DNA of 45,800 bases from Chloroflexota bacterium. Its GTDB lineage: Bacteria; Chloroflexota; Limnocylindria; Limnocylindrales; CSP1-4. Where the stretch lies: assembly GCA_016200665.1 (NCBI GenBank), contig JACQEG010000111.1:1-45800 (forward strand), given 5' to 3'. A program made the translations under genes and the position numbers. The notes beneath the pieces are model-generated. The model saw only the letters and a program-made list of their open reading frames with translations, ran no database searches and was not told where the DNA came from. Shown here one piece after another: positions 9,348 to 19,792 of the stretch (positions are counted from its first letter, which is position 1; the number at the start of each line of letters is the position of its first letter).

Positions 9348-12314
9348 GTGATGTTCGAGCGACTGGGTCACGCCGTCTTTCGCCTTCGCTTCGCGATCGT
9401 CGTCGCGTGGGTCCTCGGGGCCGCGGCATGCGTCGCCTTCGCCCCGAGCCTCGCCGACGTCGGCTCGGCCGACCAGTCGTCGTTCCTGCCGCCGAACGCC
9501 GAATCGTCGACCGCGACATCGGTCCTCGAGCGGGCGTTTCCCAGGGAGGCGGGCGCCGGTTCCGCCACGGTGGCGTTCAGCCGCGACGGTGGCATGACCG
9601 AGGCCGACCACAACGCGATCGCCGACCTCGCGACGTGGATCACGGACGCCTCGCCGGCCGAGCTGCGGGACGTCGTCAAGAGCGTCACCAGCGCCGAGGC
9701 CCAGCCCGAGATCGCGACCCGCCTCCGCAGCCAGGACGGCAGCGTCGAGCTCCTCCAGGTCGACCTCTCGGTCAGCGCCTTCGACCAGCGCGCCGGCCCC
9801 GCCGCCGCCGCGCTGCGGGACCGCCTCGCGACGGCCCTGCCGGCAGGCCTGACCGGCCACGTCACCGGCAGCGTCGGGATCGCCTCCGATTACCTCGCGG
9901 CGATCCTCCAGGCGACCGACCGGACGACCGTCGTGACCGTCATCCTCGTGGTCTTCGTCCTGCTCCTCATCTACCGCGCCCCACTCGCGGCGCTCGTCCC
10001 GCTGCTGACGATCGCCGCCGCGTACCTCGTCGGGCGCGGCGTGCTCGGCTACCTCGGCCAGGCCGGCTGGAAGATCTCGTCGCTGCTCGAGACGTTCGTC
10101 GTCGTCCTCGTCTTCGGGGTCGGGACCGACTACACGATCTTCCTGATCTCGCGCTTCCGCGAGGAGGTCGGCGGAACGCGCTGGCGGACGGCCGTCGGCA
10201 CGACCGTTCGGCGCATCGGAGCGGTCATCACGGCGAGCGCCGCGACCGTCGCGATCGGCCTCGGCTCGATGGTCGTCGGCCAGTTCGGGATGTTCCAGAC
10301 CACCGGCCCGGCCCTGGCGATCGTCATCCTCGTGACCCTCGCCGCCGGGCTGACCCTCGCCCCGGCGCTCCTCGGCATCTTCGGCCACCACCTCTTCTGG
10401 CCCCTCCGGGAGGAACGGCTGCGGGGCGACCCGGAGCGTGGCGTCTTCGGCCGCCTCGCCCGCATGACGTCGCGCCGGCCGCTCGCCGTCGCCGCGATCG
10501 TCCTCGTCGCCCTCGGAGCGCCCGCCATCGCCTCCAGCGGGCTGCATCAGACCTTCGACGTCCTGGCCGACCTGCCGCCGTCGTCCGACGCCAAGGCCGG
10601 CTTCGACGTCGTCGCCGACCACTTCGACAAGGGCCAGCTGCTGCCGGTCATGGTCGTCATCGACGGTGGCACCGGGTCCGACCTCGGATCGCCGGCCAGC
10701 CTGTCCGTCCTCCGTGCGACGACCCAGCGCGTCCTGGCGGTCGAAGGCATCACGCGAGTCGAGAGCCTCATCGCGCCGACCGGCGACGGCACCACCCCGG
10801 ACGGCTTCCGGCCCTCGATCCAGCTGACGTCGATGGCGAAGCAGTTCGTCGTCCCGACCGACCCGGCGGCGGGCCTGAAGAAGCTCCTCGACCCGGACAC
10901 CACGACGGGGCTGCACTCGGCTTCGGAGTACCTGGGCGCCCTCGGAGGCTCGTTTGCCGACGTCGCGACGCAGTCGGACTTCCAGCAGGCGCGGGCGGAC
11001 CTGGAGCGGATGCCCGCGGCGATCGCCGCGCTCCGCGAGCGCCTGACGGTATCCAACCAGCTGACCCGCCTTGCCGGGGCTCTCCAGGCCGCCGCTGCCG
11101 CCGGGATCCCGGTCGACCGATGGCTGCCACAGCTCACGGCCTACGTGAACGACCTGGCCGCGGCGTACCCCCAGATCAAGGCTGTGCCCGCGTTCCGGGA
11201 CCTCGCTGCCAGGCTCGTCTCGTCGGCGACGCCTCCGGATCCGGGCGCCATCGCCGCGGACGTCGCCGACATGGCCACGACGTTCGCGAGCACGCCGGAC
11301 GCGATCCTCGTCCCGTCCGGCGCCGCCGCGGACAGCGAGACCTCGGCGATCCAGGCCGAGATCGCGACGATCGGCGTTCGGCTGCCGGTGGAGCTCACGA
11401 GTCTCTCGGCGACGTTCGCCGCGCGAGCCGACGACCTCTTCATCCCGACGGGCCTGTCAGGCGAGGGCCAGGCATCGATCGATCAGACCCGCGCCGCGTA
11501 CCTCTCCGGCGACGGATCGGTCACGCGCCTCTACGCGGTCACGGCCGACGATCCGTACTCGACCGCGGCGTTCGACACGGTGGCCCGGATCCGCGGCGAC
11601 CTGGCTGGGACGGCGATTGGCTACGGCCAGGTGGCCCGGATCCTCGTCGGCGGCCAGAGTGCCCTCGAGCGTGACCTCCAGGACACGATCGCCACCGACT
11701 TCGTCCGCGTCGCGGCCCTGACCGTCATCGGCGTGCTCCTCGTCCTGATGCTCCTCCTGCGTAGCGTCGTGGCACCGCTGTACCTCGTGGGCACCGTGCT
11801 GCTGTCGTACCTCGCCACCCTGGGTCTGGGGTCGCTGTTCTTCCAGGACGTCCTGGGCCAGGCCGGCATGAACTACTTCCTGCCGCTCATGGTCTTCGTC
11901 CTGCTGGTGGCGCTCGGCTCGGACTACAACATCTTTCTGATGAGCCGGGTCCGGGAGGAATCGGCCGCCCGCGGCACGACGGACGGCATCCGAATCGCGT
12001 CGGCCCGGACCGGCGCGGTCATCACCTCCGCCGGGATCATTTTGGCCGGCACGTTCCTGGCGATGGTCGCGTCGCCGCTCACCGTCCTGTTCCAGGTCGG
12101 GATCATGGTCGCGGTGGGCGTCCTGATCGACACGTTCATCGTCCGGTCGCTGCTCGTGCCCGCGATCACGACGATCCTCGGCGAGCGCGCCTGGTGGCCG
12201 TTCGAGCACCACGACGCGCCGCCCGCGCCACACGCGCCGACGCCACCGGAGCCGACGCCACCCGAGGTGCGACCGGTCGGCCACCTGCCCGGGGCGCAGC
12301 CCGGCCGGCCGTAG
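9348..12314 (+). CDS. MMPL family (RND) transporter
   Basis: Two MMPL repeats (FGVGTDYTIFLISRFREE and ALGSDYNIFLMSRVREE), TGAVITSAG and DTFIVRSLLVPA; long helical insert in the second soluble domain. Confidence 0.92.
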   Translation: MMFERLGHAVFRLRFAIVVAWVLGAAACVAFAPSLADVGSADQSSFLPPNAESSTATSVLERAFPREAGAGSATVAFSRDGGMTEADHNAIADLATWITDASPAELRDVVKSVTSAEAQPEIATRLRSQDGSVELLQVDLSVSAFDQRAGPAAAALRDRLATALPAGLTGHVTGSVGIASDYLAAILQATDRTTVVTVILVVFVLLLIYRAPLAALVPLLTIAAAYLVGRGVLGYLGQAGWKISSLLETFVVVLVFGVGTDYTIFLISRFREEVGGTRWRTAVGTTVRRIGAVITASAATVAIGLGSMVVGQFGMFQTTGPALAIVILVTLAAGLTLAPALLGIFGHHLFWPLREERLRGDPERGVFGRLARMTSRRPLAVAAIVLVALGAPAIASSGLHQTFDVLADLPPSSDAKAGFDVVADHFDKGQLLPVMVVIDGGTGSDLGSPASLSVLRATTQRVLAVEGITRVESLIAPTGDGTTPDGFRPSIQLTSMAKQFVVPTDPAAGLKKLLDPDTTTGLHSASEYLGALGGSFADVATQSDFQQARADLERMPAAIAALRERLTVSNQLTRLAGALQAAAAAGIPVDRWLPQLTAYVNDLAAAYPQIKAVPAFRDLAARLVSSATPPDPGAIAADVADMATTFASTPDAILVPSGAAADSETSAIQAEIATIGVRLPVELTSLSATFAARADDLFIPTGLSGEGQASIDQTRAAYLSGDGSVTRLYAVTADDPYSTAAFDTVARIRGDLAGTAIGYGQVARILVGGQSALERDLQDTIATDFVRVAALTVIGVLLVLMLLLRSVVAPLYLVGTVLLSYLATLGLGSLFFQDVLGQAGMNYFLPLMVFVLLVALGSDYNIFLMSRVREESAARGTTDGIRIASARTGAVITSAGIILAGTFLAMVASPLTVLFQVGIMVAVGVLIDTFIVRSLLVPAITTILGERAWWPFEHHDAPPAPHAPTPPEPTPPEVRPVGHLPGAQPGRP

Positions 12315-12345
12315 CCTCCGGCGTCAGCCCCGGCTCAGCGCACGA

Positions 12346-13305
12346 TCAGGGTCGGCGGCGGTCCACCACGGCGAAGGCGAGGACGATGCCGGCGAGGCCC
12401 AGGGCGGCGAAGAGCAGGGTCATCCGGGCCACGACGAGCGGATAGATCTCGCCGGGGTTCACGAACAGGACCGTCTTCAGGTCGGGCATGACGGGCCCGC
12501 CGGACGACTGCGGTGCGCCAGGATCCCCGTACCGGGCGTAGGCCTCGTTCCAGGTGATGATCGCGCCGTCCGGGGCCAGGACCCGGTAGTCGACGACCCG
12601 CCAGCTCGGCTGGACGTTCCCCACGTCGTCGACGCCGAGCACGGCGACCGTCTCGTGGTGGAGCCAGGCATCCGTGGCGAGGTTCACGCCGGCGATCGCG
12701 CCGACGCTCAGCGCCGCAGCGACGAGCAGCGCCGGCAGGATGCGACCGAGGACCGCCCCCGCCGCGAGAGCAAGCCCGAACACGGCGAGGGCCTCGCCGG
12801 CGATGACGGGCCCGCGGAGCCCCAGATGCCCGAACGTCGTCGCCGGGTCGGTGCCGGGGTCGCGGAGCGCCTCCAGCTGGTCCCCGAAGAAGCCGCCGAT
12901 CAGGCCCGCGACGACGACGGCGAGCGCGGCGGGCGCGACCCGCTGGACGAGCCAGCGGCGGCGGGAGGGCGCCAGTGACCAGGCGAAGACCGTCGTGCCG
13001 CGGTCGATCTCCTTCCCCGCCATCGCGATCCCGAGGAACAGGCCCGACACGATCGGCAGGAGGACGATCCCGGCCAGCGCGAAGAAGCCCCAGTCGCGGG
13101 CGATGGAGAGGTAGGCGTCCATGTCGCCGCTGAGGCCCTGGCAGATGAGGGATGGCCCGGTGCCGCGGAAGCAGCTCGCGGGGATGCCGTAGGCCATGAG
13201 GCGGACCACGACCAGCGCGGCCCCACCCAGGCTGGCGACCGCGAAGAGCCCGACCGCGAGCGTCTCGAAGCGGTGAGCGCGGACGGCAAGGACGAGGTTC
13301 GTCAT
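12346..13305 (-). CDS. ABC-2 type exporter permease subunit
   Basis: Multiple TM helices and GKEIDRGTTVFAWS motif; ATG overlaps the ATPase stop (ATGA). Confidence 0.8.
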   Translation of the reverse strand: MTNLVLAVRAHRFETLAVGLFAVASLGGAALVVVRLMAYGIPASCFRGTGPSLICQGLSGDMDAYLSIARDWGFFALAGIVLLPIVSGLFLGIAMAGKEIDRGTTVFAWSLAPSRRRWLVQRVAPAALAVVVAGLIGGFFGDQLEALRDPGTDPATTFGHLGLRGPVIAGEALAVFGLALAAGAVLGRILPALLVAAALSVGAIAGVNLATDAWLHHETVAVLGVDDVGNVQPSWRVVDYRVLAPDGAIITWNEAYARYGDPGAPQSSGGPVMPDLKTVLFVNPGEIYPLVVARMTLLFAALGLAGIVLAFAVVDRRRP

Positions 13306-14165
13306 GCCGCGGCGAGCCTCCGGGCCGGACGGACGGACGCGAGGTAGCCGAGGACGATCTCCTCGAGCGTCGATGGCTCGCCGGGCGTCCCCGGCTCGAC
13401 CCGCCGCAGCTCGACGAGCCGACCGTCCCGCTCGGGGAAGACCGAAACGAGCGCACCCGTCGTCGGACGCTCCGCGCCGTCGGCGCCACGGCGGAGCGTT
13501 CGGTGCGCTGCCCGCGTGGCCTCGATCGTGTCGTGGGCGAGGACCCGCCCGTCGGCGAGGAGCAGCAGGCGATCCGCGATCGGCTCGACGTCGGAGATCA
13601 CGTGCGACGAGAGGAGGACGGTCACGCCATTCGCCTTCGCGGCGTCGGCGACCACCTGCAGGAACTCGCGCCGGGCGAGCGGATCCAGGTTCGCCAGCGG
13701 CTCGTCCAGGAGGAGCAGCGGCGCACGGGTCCCGAGCGCGATCGCGAGCCAGACCTGGGCCGCTTGGCCGCCGGAGAGCTCGCCGGGCTTCGACGACTCC
13801 GGGATGCCGAGATCGTCCAGCCGCCCGCTGGCATGCGCGAGATCGAAGCCTGGACGCAGCCCCGCCGCCAGCTGGAGGTGCTCGGCGAGGGTGAGCTCGC
13901 GATAGAGGGTCGGCGACTGGGGGACGTAGCCGATGGCGCGGATCGCCGCGGCGCGGTCGCGGGTCGGGTCCGCGCCGGCAACCGTGACCCGGCCCGCCGT
14001 CGGTCGCTCGAAGCCGACACACAGCTTCAGGAGGGTCGACTTGCCGGCGCCGTTCGGCCCGACGAGCGCCGTCACCCCGCCGCCCTCGATCTCGACGCTG
14101 ATCGCCCGGAGCGCCTCGGCCCGGCCATAGCGCTTGGCGAGCTGGTCGGCGACGACGATCGGCAT
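13302..14165 (-). CDS. ABC transporter ATP-binding protein
   Basis: GPNGAGKST, LSGGQ, LLLLDEP and SSH motifs. Confidence 0.95.
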   Translation of the reverse strand: MPIVVADQLAKRYGRAEALRAISVEIEGGGVTALVGPNGAGKSTLLKLCVGFERPTAGRVTVAGADPTRDRAAAIRAIGYVPQSPTLYRELTLAEHLQLAAGLRPGFDLAHASGRLDDLGIPESSKPGELSGGQAAQVWLAIALGTRAPLLLLDEPLANLDPLARREFLQVVADAAKANGVTVLLSSHVISDVEPIADRLLLLADGRVLAHDTIEATRAAHRTLRRGADGAERPTTGALVSVFPERDGRLVELRRVEPGTPGEPSTLEEIVLGYLASVRPARRLAAA

Positions 14166-14274
14166 GGGCCAACCGTCGGGCCGCGCTTCTCCCGCCGCCA
14201 GCCGTGAGGACCCGGGCGCCGGTTCGGGGTTCTCATGGACATTCGGACGGAATCCCCTCTGGTACCGTCGAGCC

Positions 14275-15960
14275 GTGGATCAGCTCGGCCGGGCACGCCT
14301 CGCCGTCGCCGTCGCCGGCGTGGCCCTGGTGGGCGGGATGCTCGCCCTTGCCGCCTGGCGCGTGGACCTCGGGTTCACCCTCGCGGCGAGCAACGACCGG
14401 GTCGTCATCGTGAGCGTGGCCGATCACAGCCCCGCCCAGATCGAAGGCTTCGTCCCGGGCATGGTCGTCATCAACCTGAACGGCATCCAGCTGATGCAGC
14501 TTCCGGAATACGTCTACGCGTCGCCGGACGTGAACGGCGAGGTTCCCGGCCCACCGATCGGGATCGAGCCGCTCGCTCCGACGCCAGTCCAGATGGACGC
14601 CGGCCAGCGCGTTGCCCTGGCGCAGGGGACCGTCCACGACCTCGTCGCCGTCCCATCCAGTGCGCTCGAGCACTACGCCCCCGAATCCAGCCCGACGTGG
14701 GTCTACCTGGGCCGCGACTACGCCGGCGACGTCTCGCGATCCGTCGGCACCTACCTCGGGGGCGCGATCCTCCTCGTGATCGGGTCGTGGTGGCTCCTCC
14801 AAGGCAGCGGCGGCCGATCTCTCCAGCCGATCGCCATCCAGCTCGCAGCCGCGGTTGCGACCCCGCTCCTGGTGCAGCCATTGCTCGCGTCGTGGGCCGC
14901 GCCGGGGGTCGCGCTCGCCGGGCTCCTCGTGCCGCTGGCCATGCTGCCGTTGGGGCTGGCCCTTCTCGAGCGCGTCCCGGAATCACCGAGCCGCGGCCCG
15001 ATTCGCGCCGCGGTCTGGGGCGCGGCGGTGGCAGCGGCGACGATCGGCGTGTTCCGCGTCTGGCTGCCTGCGTCCGTTGGATCGGCCGATCTGCTGTGGC
15101 TCGTTCTCAGCGGCGCGGTCGCGCTCGTCCCCGGCATCGCTGCCGCGTCGCCGATGGCTGCCACGGACGGCCTGACGGCGCCGGCTCACCGGGTGCAGTC
15201 GACTGAGCTGGCCGTCGCCGGCGCAACGCCCGGCATGGCCATCGTGACCGCAGGCGCCAATTTCGGATTGCTGTTCCCCCTGTCGGGCTGGCTCGTCCTC
15301 GTGCTCCTGGCCGGGCGGTTCACGTTCCGGCCCCTCGCCCGTTTCGCCGTGCGGGCCCAGGTCCAGCGCGACCTCATCGTCGCCGCGACCGAGGCCGAGC
15401 GGGCCCGCGTGGCCGCCGACATCCACGACGACGCCCTCCAGGAGCTGACCCTGCTCGTCCGGCGGCTCGACGACGCCGGAGACGTCGAGGGGGCCGACAT
15501 CGCGAGGACCGTCTCGGATCGCCTGCGAGCGATCTGCGGCGACCTTCGGCTGCCGATCCTCGACGACCTCGGCGTGGGGCCGGCGCTCGACTGGCTCGTC
15601 TCGCGGATCGAGCGGCTCTCGGGCGGCGAGGTCCGCCTGGAACGCAGCGACGGGACGCGCCTGCCGATGGACGTCGAGCTCGGGATCTTCCGCGTCGCCC
15701 AGGAGGCGCTGGCGAATGCCGTGAAGCATGGCAAGCCCCCGATCGTCGTCCGCTACCGCTCGACCGACGCCGGCGCCTCACTCTCGATCGACGATGCCGG
15801 CCCCGGCATCGAGCCCGACGCGGCGGTCAAGGCCGAGGCCGAGGGCCGCTTCGGGCTCCTGAACATGCAGCAGCGAGCGGAGCAGATCGGGGCGATCCTC
15901 GACATCCGGCGCTGGCCGGCCGGCGGCACCCACGTGGCCCTCGAATGGCGAGCCCACTGA
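14275..15960 (+). CDS. Membrane sensor histidine kinase (HisKA_3/NarX-type) with N-terminal PDZ-like domain
   Basis: ERARVAADIHDDALQ H-box, FRVAQEALANAVKH, DDAGPG and FGLLNM motifs. GTG 14275 has TACCGT 6 nt upstream. Confidence 0.88.
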   Translation: MDQLGRARLAVAVAGVALVGGMLALAAWRVDLGFTLAASNDRVVIVSVADHSPAQIEGFVPGMVVINLNGIQLMQLPEYVYASPDVNGEVPGPPIGIEPLAPTPVQMDAGQRVALAQGTVHDLVAVPSSALEHYAPESSPTWVYLGRDYAGDVSRSVGTYLGGAILLVIGSWWLLQGSGGRSLQPIAIQLAAAVATPLLVQPLLASWAAPGVALAGLLVPLAMLPLGLALLERVPESPSRGPIRAAVWGAAVAAATIGVFRVWLPASVGSADLLWLVLSGAVALVPGIAAASPMAATDGLTAPAHRVQSTELAVAGATPGMAIVTAGANFGLLFPLSGWLVLVLLAGRFTFRPLARFAVRAQVQRDLIVAATEAERARVAADIHDDALQELTLLVRRLDDAGDVEGADIARTVSDRLRAICGDLRLPILDDLGVGPALDWLVSRIERLSGGEVRLERSDGTRLPMDVELGIFRVAQEALANAVKHGKPPIVVRYRSTDAGASLSIDDAGPGIEPDAAVKAEAEGRFGLLNMQQRAEQIGAILDIRRWPAGGTHVALEWRAH

Positions 15961-16610
15961 TCCGGCTCGCGATCGTCGACGATCACCCGATCGTCCGCGA
16001 CGGCACCGCCGCGCTCCTCGCGACGCAGCCCGGCATCGAGCTCGTCGGCACGGCCGGGAGCCTCGAGGAAGCCCGTGCGTTGATCGCCGCGACCGCGATC
16101 GACGTCCTCCTGCTCGACATCCGCCTCGGGGCCGACAGCGGCCTGAGCCTGCTGAGCGCGAACCAGGGCGTCTCTGCCGGGCCGGGCGTCGCCGACGGGC
16201 CGGCGATCGCCGACGGCGGCCACCCGGCGCCGGCCGTCGTCCTGCTGTCGGCCTACGACTACCCGCAGTACGCCGAGGCCGCGATGCGGCTCGGAGCCGC
16301 CGGGTTCGTCGTGAAGACCGCGCCCCTCACGGAGCTTGTCGACGCGATCCGGCGGGCCGCTGCCGGCGGCATGGCGTTCGGGATCCGGCCCCGCGCGGGT
16401 GCGCCGCACCTGTCCGTCCGAGAGCTGGACGTCGTCCGCCAGGTCATCGATGGCCGCAGCAACGACGAGGTCGGGGCCACCCTCGGCATCGGGGTGAAGA
16501 CCGTCGAGACGCACCTCCGCCGGATCTTCGAGCGGTTCGGCGTCGGCTCCCGGACCGAGCTCGTCGCCCGGGCCCTCCGCGAGGGCTGGCTGGAGATCCC
16601 GCCGGGCTGA
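15945..16610 (+). CDS. NarL/LuxR family response regulator
   Basis: IVDDHP, LLDIRL and FVVKT receiver motifs; LSVRELDV...KTVETHL HTH. Confidence 0.94.
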   Translation: MASPLIRLAIVDDHPIVRDGTAALLATQPGIELVGTAGSLEEARALIAATAIDVLLLDIRLGADSGLSLLSANQGVSAGPGVADGPAIADGGHPAPAVVLLSAYDYPQYAEAAMRLGAAGFVVKTAPLTELVDAIRRAAAGGMAFGIRPRAGAPHLSVRELDVVRQVIDGRSNDEVGATLGIGVKTVETHLRRIFERFGVGSRTELVARALREGWLEIPPG

Positions 16611-16613
16611 CCG

Positions 16614-18272
16614 TCAGGGGCTCGGGGTGCTCTCCGCGATCTGGAAGGTCGTTTTGACGCCTTCGCCGCGATCGCCAAGCTGCCAGACGAGGGTCGCCTT
16701 GCCCGGTGATGCGTCCGACGGTATCTCGAGGCGCATCTCGAAGGTCGCGCTCAGGCCCAACGTGAGGACTCCGGCCGGGCCGCAGTTGAGCAGCCGCCGC
16801 GTGTCGATCGAGCCCTGTTCGCCAGGCAGGAACAGCCGCTGGATGTAGCTCGGGCAGTCGCCGGACAGGTTGATCGGCTTGTCGTAGACGGAGGTGTTCG
16901 TGAGCGTGACCACGTAGACGTACGTTGAGCCCGGTGACGCGGTAGGCAGCGGCGGGATCGTGACCTTGAACGGCAATGAATCGCCGGGGTCGGACGGCGG
17001 CGGCTCGGGCGCGTCGGGCAGCCTGAACGGGGCCGGATCGAACCCCGGCGCGGATGAAGCCGCCGGGTCGCCCATGCACGGCGGGACCGGAATGGTTGCG
17101 AACTCGTCGGGCATCGGCGCGACGTCGAGCCGGGAATCACCCAGGACGACGTCCGCCCGCAGCGGCAGCGGGGGCGGCGCCGCGCACCAGTTGGCGAAGG
17201 CCAGCCACGAGCCGGCGCTCGAGCCGGCCGGCAGGACGAACGTCGCGGGCGACGGCAGCGGTCCGCCTGCTTCGGACGCGATCGCGATGTCGCCGGAGGC
17301 GTCCCGAAGCTCGACGGTCGGGCCGGCCGGGAAGAGGCAGTCGACGCCAGAGACATTCAGGACCGCGATCTCCGAGTACCACGTCCCGGCGGCGGCGCCC
17401 CAGTCACCCGACCACGCGAGCAGGTCCGCCGCCACGCATGGCTTGAGATCGGTGCCACCGGAGCCTTCCCCGGTCGACTGGAACTGGAGCACGCCCAGGC
17501 CCGATCCGGCCTCGGGGGCGTCGCAGCGCGGCGTCGAGTAACCCGGCTCATCGACCTTGACCTCGGTCCTCAGCAGCTGACCGCCGCTGCCGTCGGCGGC
17601 CGGCATCGTGAGATCCAGCTCGAGCGGCCCGGGCGGCGCGGCCGCGCCGCACCAGTTGTTCCACACGACGATCGCCCACGCGCTTCCGGCCTCCCCCAGG
17701 CCGATCGCCTCGAGACCGGACCCGGACCCGCGCGCCGTCGGCTCGCGGGACGCGACAACGGTGCCGCCGGCGTCCCGAAGAGCGGCTTCGATGGGCGGAT
17801 CGAGGCGGCAACGCACCTGCGAGACGTTCACGATCGTGACCCCGCCCGCCGCCGAACCCGTGGCACCGCCCCACCCGCCCGCGACCACGGCCAGGCGGGT
17901 CGGATCGCACAGCGGCAGCGCGGATGGCGGCTCGGTCGGCTCCGGCGTGGGAATGACATAGGGCTCGTCGATCCAGGCGATGGCGCCGGGCGGGGTCGTC
18001 GGGACACCCTCGGACGCGACCGGCGAACCGCCAGGTGATCCGGTCGGGGCAGCGGGCGTCCGCCCAACGACGAGCGATCCGAGGACCGCCACGAGGGCCA
18101 CGGCGGCCGCGAGGGAGGCCCACCGGAGGGAGCCCAGCCCGGTCGCGCCAAGCGAGGTGCGGCGAACCCTTAGCAGGTCTGCGGCCGGCTCGTCGAGCTC
18201 CAGGTTGATCGAGTGAAGCGGCTCGTCGGGTGGACGGCGGCGAAGCAGCTCCTCGATCCGATCGGGCTTCAC
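16614..18272 (-). CDS. Putative anti-sigma factor: single-TM protein with tandem DUF4232-like extracellular domains
   Basis: Immediately downstream of the ECF sigma gene. Short cytoplasmic N-terminus, one TM helix, and two similar C...WG.A.G...NVS...C repeats. Confidence 0.6.
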   Translation of the reverse strand: MKPDRIEELLRRRPPDEPLHSINLELDEPAADLLRVRRTSLGATGLGSLRWASLAAAVALVAVLGSLVVGRTPAAPTGSPGGSPVASEGVPTTPPGAIAWIDEPYVIPTPEPTEPPSALPLCDPTRLAVVAGGWGGATGSAAGGVTIVNVSQVRCRLDPPIEAALRDAGGTVVASREPTARGSGSGLEAIGLGEAGSAWAIVVWNNWCGAAAPPGPLELDLTMPAADGSGGQLLRTEVKVDEPGYSTPRCDAPEAGSGLGVLQFQSTGEGSGGTDLKPCVAADLLAWSGDWGAAAGTWYSEIAVLNVSGVDCLFPAGPTVELRDASGDIAIASEAGGPLPSPATFVLPAGSSAGSWLAFANWCAAPPPLPLRADVVLGDSRLDVAPMPDEFATIPVPPCMGDPAASSAPGFDPAPFRLPDAPEPPPSDPGDSLPFKVTIPPLPTASPGSTYVYVVTLTNTSVYDKPINLSGDCPSYIQRLFLPGEQGSIDTRRLLNCGPAGVLTLGLSATFEMRLEIPSDASPGKATLVWQLGDRGEGVKTTFQIAESTPSP

Positions 18273-18827
18273 TCAGGCCTCCGGTCCCAGTCGATCGCGT
18301 AGCCGCGCGATCGCGCGAGCGGCGTGCCCGCGAGCGGAGGACGCCTCCAGCCCGAGGACCCTGCCGATCGCCTCGAATGTGAGGTCGGCCCGATAGTGCA
18401 GGTAGAGCACCTGGCGCTGGCGGGGCGGGAGACGGTTGACCTCAGCCCAGACCGCGATGAGCTCATCGGGCGACGACGTCGGGATCGAGTCGAGTCGGGC
18501 GGTGTCGGATCCGCCCAGGCCCTCGACGAATCCGGCCCAGCGGCGGCGGAGGCGGTGGCGATCCATCGCCAGCCGGTAGGTCGTGCGGAACGTCCAGGCT
18601 CGCGGATCGTCGATCGTCGCGCCACGCCGGAGCGTGCGCCACAGTCGAAGGAGTGCCTCCTGGACGACCTCGGCTGCCTCGTCGTCGGTGAGTCCCAGCC
18701 GACGAGCAAACCCGAAGAGCTGCTGGCTGCTCCGTGCATGCACATCCTCGAGAACGCGTCGCGCCTCCAGGTCGTCGATCGCCCTGGCGTCAGACACGAC
18801 CGTCACACCTCTGCTGACGCTCGACAT
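18273..18827 (-). CDS. ECF-family RNA polymerase sigma factor
   Basis: Region 2 AAEVVQEALLRLW...AWTFR and region 4 LPPRQRQVLYLHY..LTFEAIGRVLG. The start may be GTG 18806 or 18797. Confidence 0.92.
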   Translation of the reverse strand: MSSVSRGVTVVSDARAIDDLEARRVLEDVHARSSQQLFGFARRLGLTDDEAAEVVQEALLRLWRTLRRGATIDDPRAWTFRTTYRLAMDRHRLRRRWAGFVEGLGGSDTARLDSIPTSSPDELIAVWAEVNRLPPRQRQVLYLHYRADLTFEAIGRVLGLEASSARGHAARAIARLRDRLGPEA

Positions 18828-18913
18828 GGCCCGAAGCGCTGCATGCCGTTCAGGATCACGATGCGACCAGGACCGAGTCCCGGCCAGGGATCATTCGTGT
18901 AGCCGCTCGCAGG

Positions 18914-19792
18914 CTACCGCTTCAGGTCCTCCAGGCGGACGGTGCTCGAAGCCTTGGGGATCCCGAGATCGAGCGGCTGCCCGAAGTCGTGGAAGGTGTA
19001 GGCGACTTCGAGTCGTCCACCGCCCAGCACCGGGCCGAGGTTGAAGGTGTACATCACTTTCTGAACGTCGCCATCGCGGCCGATCCAGGCCTGTCCCTCG
19101 AGCCGCCGTTCGATGCCAGCTGCCCGGAGCGCCGCGATCGCGTCGAGCATGTGCTCCCGGACGCCGGCGGGGACGGCGTCCGGCGCCAGCTCGAGGTCGA
19201 GATCGAACCGGAAGTGATCCGTGACAACCCCGTTCACGTCCTCGGAGGCGAGGAACTCCACCGGCGGCACCGCGCCGAACAGGTCGTAGATCACGAGGGA
19301 GCTGTCGTTCTGGCCCTTGGTGACCTGGAGGAACGGGACGGCCCGCGGGTCGGTGGAGGTCAGATCCACGAGCAACCACTTGCCCGACGGGACGGCGGTG
19401 CCGAGAAACGAGCCGCTCAGGAACAGGCGCTTGTCGTCCAGGATCATGCGCATGTGGCCGAGGGACAGGGCCGAGTAGTCCGTGTCGACGACGATCCTGG
19501 TCGGAGACCCGAACGACATCGCCCCGGTTCCACGGATCGCCGTGCCGTCCTTGATTGCGAGGTTCCCGACGTACGTCGTCGAGACGTCGAACCCGACGGT
19601 TCCCGCGGCGATCGTGGCCAGTGCGGCGTCTCGGATCTGACCCACCATCGGGTCGACCGTCGGGGATGGGATCGGCGTCGGCGAAGGCGGGACGGTGGGA
19701 GTCGGTGCCGTCGGTGAAGCGCTCGGGAATGGGGCCGCGCTCGAGCAGCCGGCGAGCAGCGCCACGAGCGCGAGGAGGGCGAAGCGGCGCAT
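18914..19792 (-). CDS. Lipoprotein, LppX/LprAFG (LolA-like fold) candidate
   Basis: Lipobox LLAGC, Pro-rich linker, GKWLLVD, EDVNGVVTDHF and C-terminal FHDFGQPLDLGIP. Confidence 0.65.
   Translation of the reverse strand: MRRFALLALVALLAGCSSAAPFPSASPTAPTPTVPPSPTPIPSPTVDPMVGQIRDAALATIAAGTVGFDVSTTYVGNLAIKDGTAIRGTGAMSFGSPTRIVVDTDYSALSLGHMRMILDDKRLFLSGSFLGTAVPSGKWLLVDLTSTDPRAVPFLQVTKGQNDSSLVIYDLFGAVPPVEFLASEDVNGVVTDHFRFDLDLELAPDAVPAGVREHMLDAIAALRAAGIERRLEGQAWIGRDGDVQKVMYTFNLGPVLGGGRLEVAYTFHDFGQPLDLGIPKASSTVRLEDLKR

Noticed and set aside
12230-12270. Short tandem repeat at the MMPL 3' end
   Set aside because: Encodes a Pro-rich tail (PTPPEPTPPE); ordinary low-complexity coding sequence.
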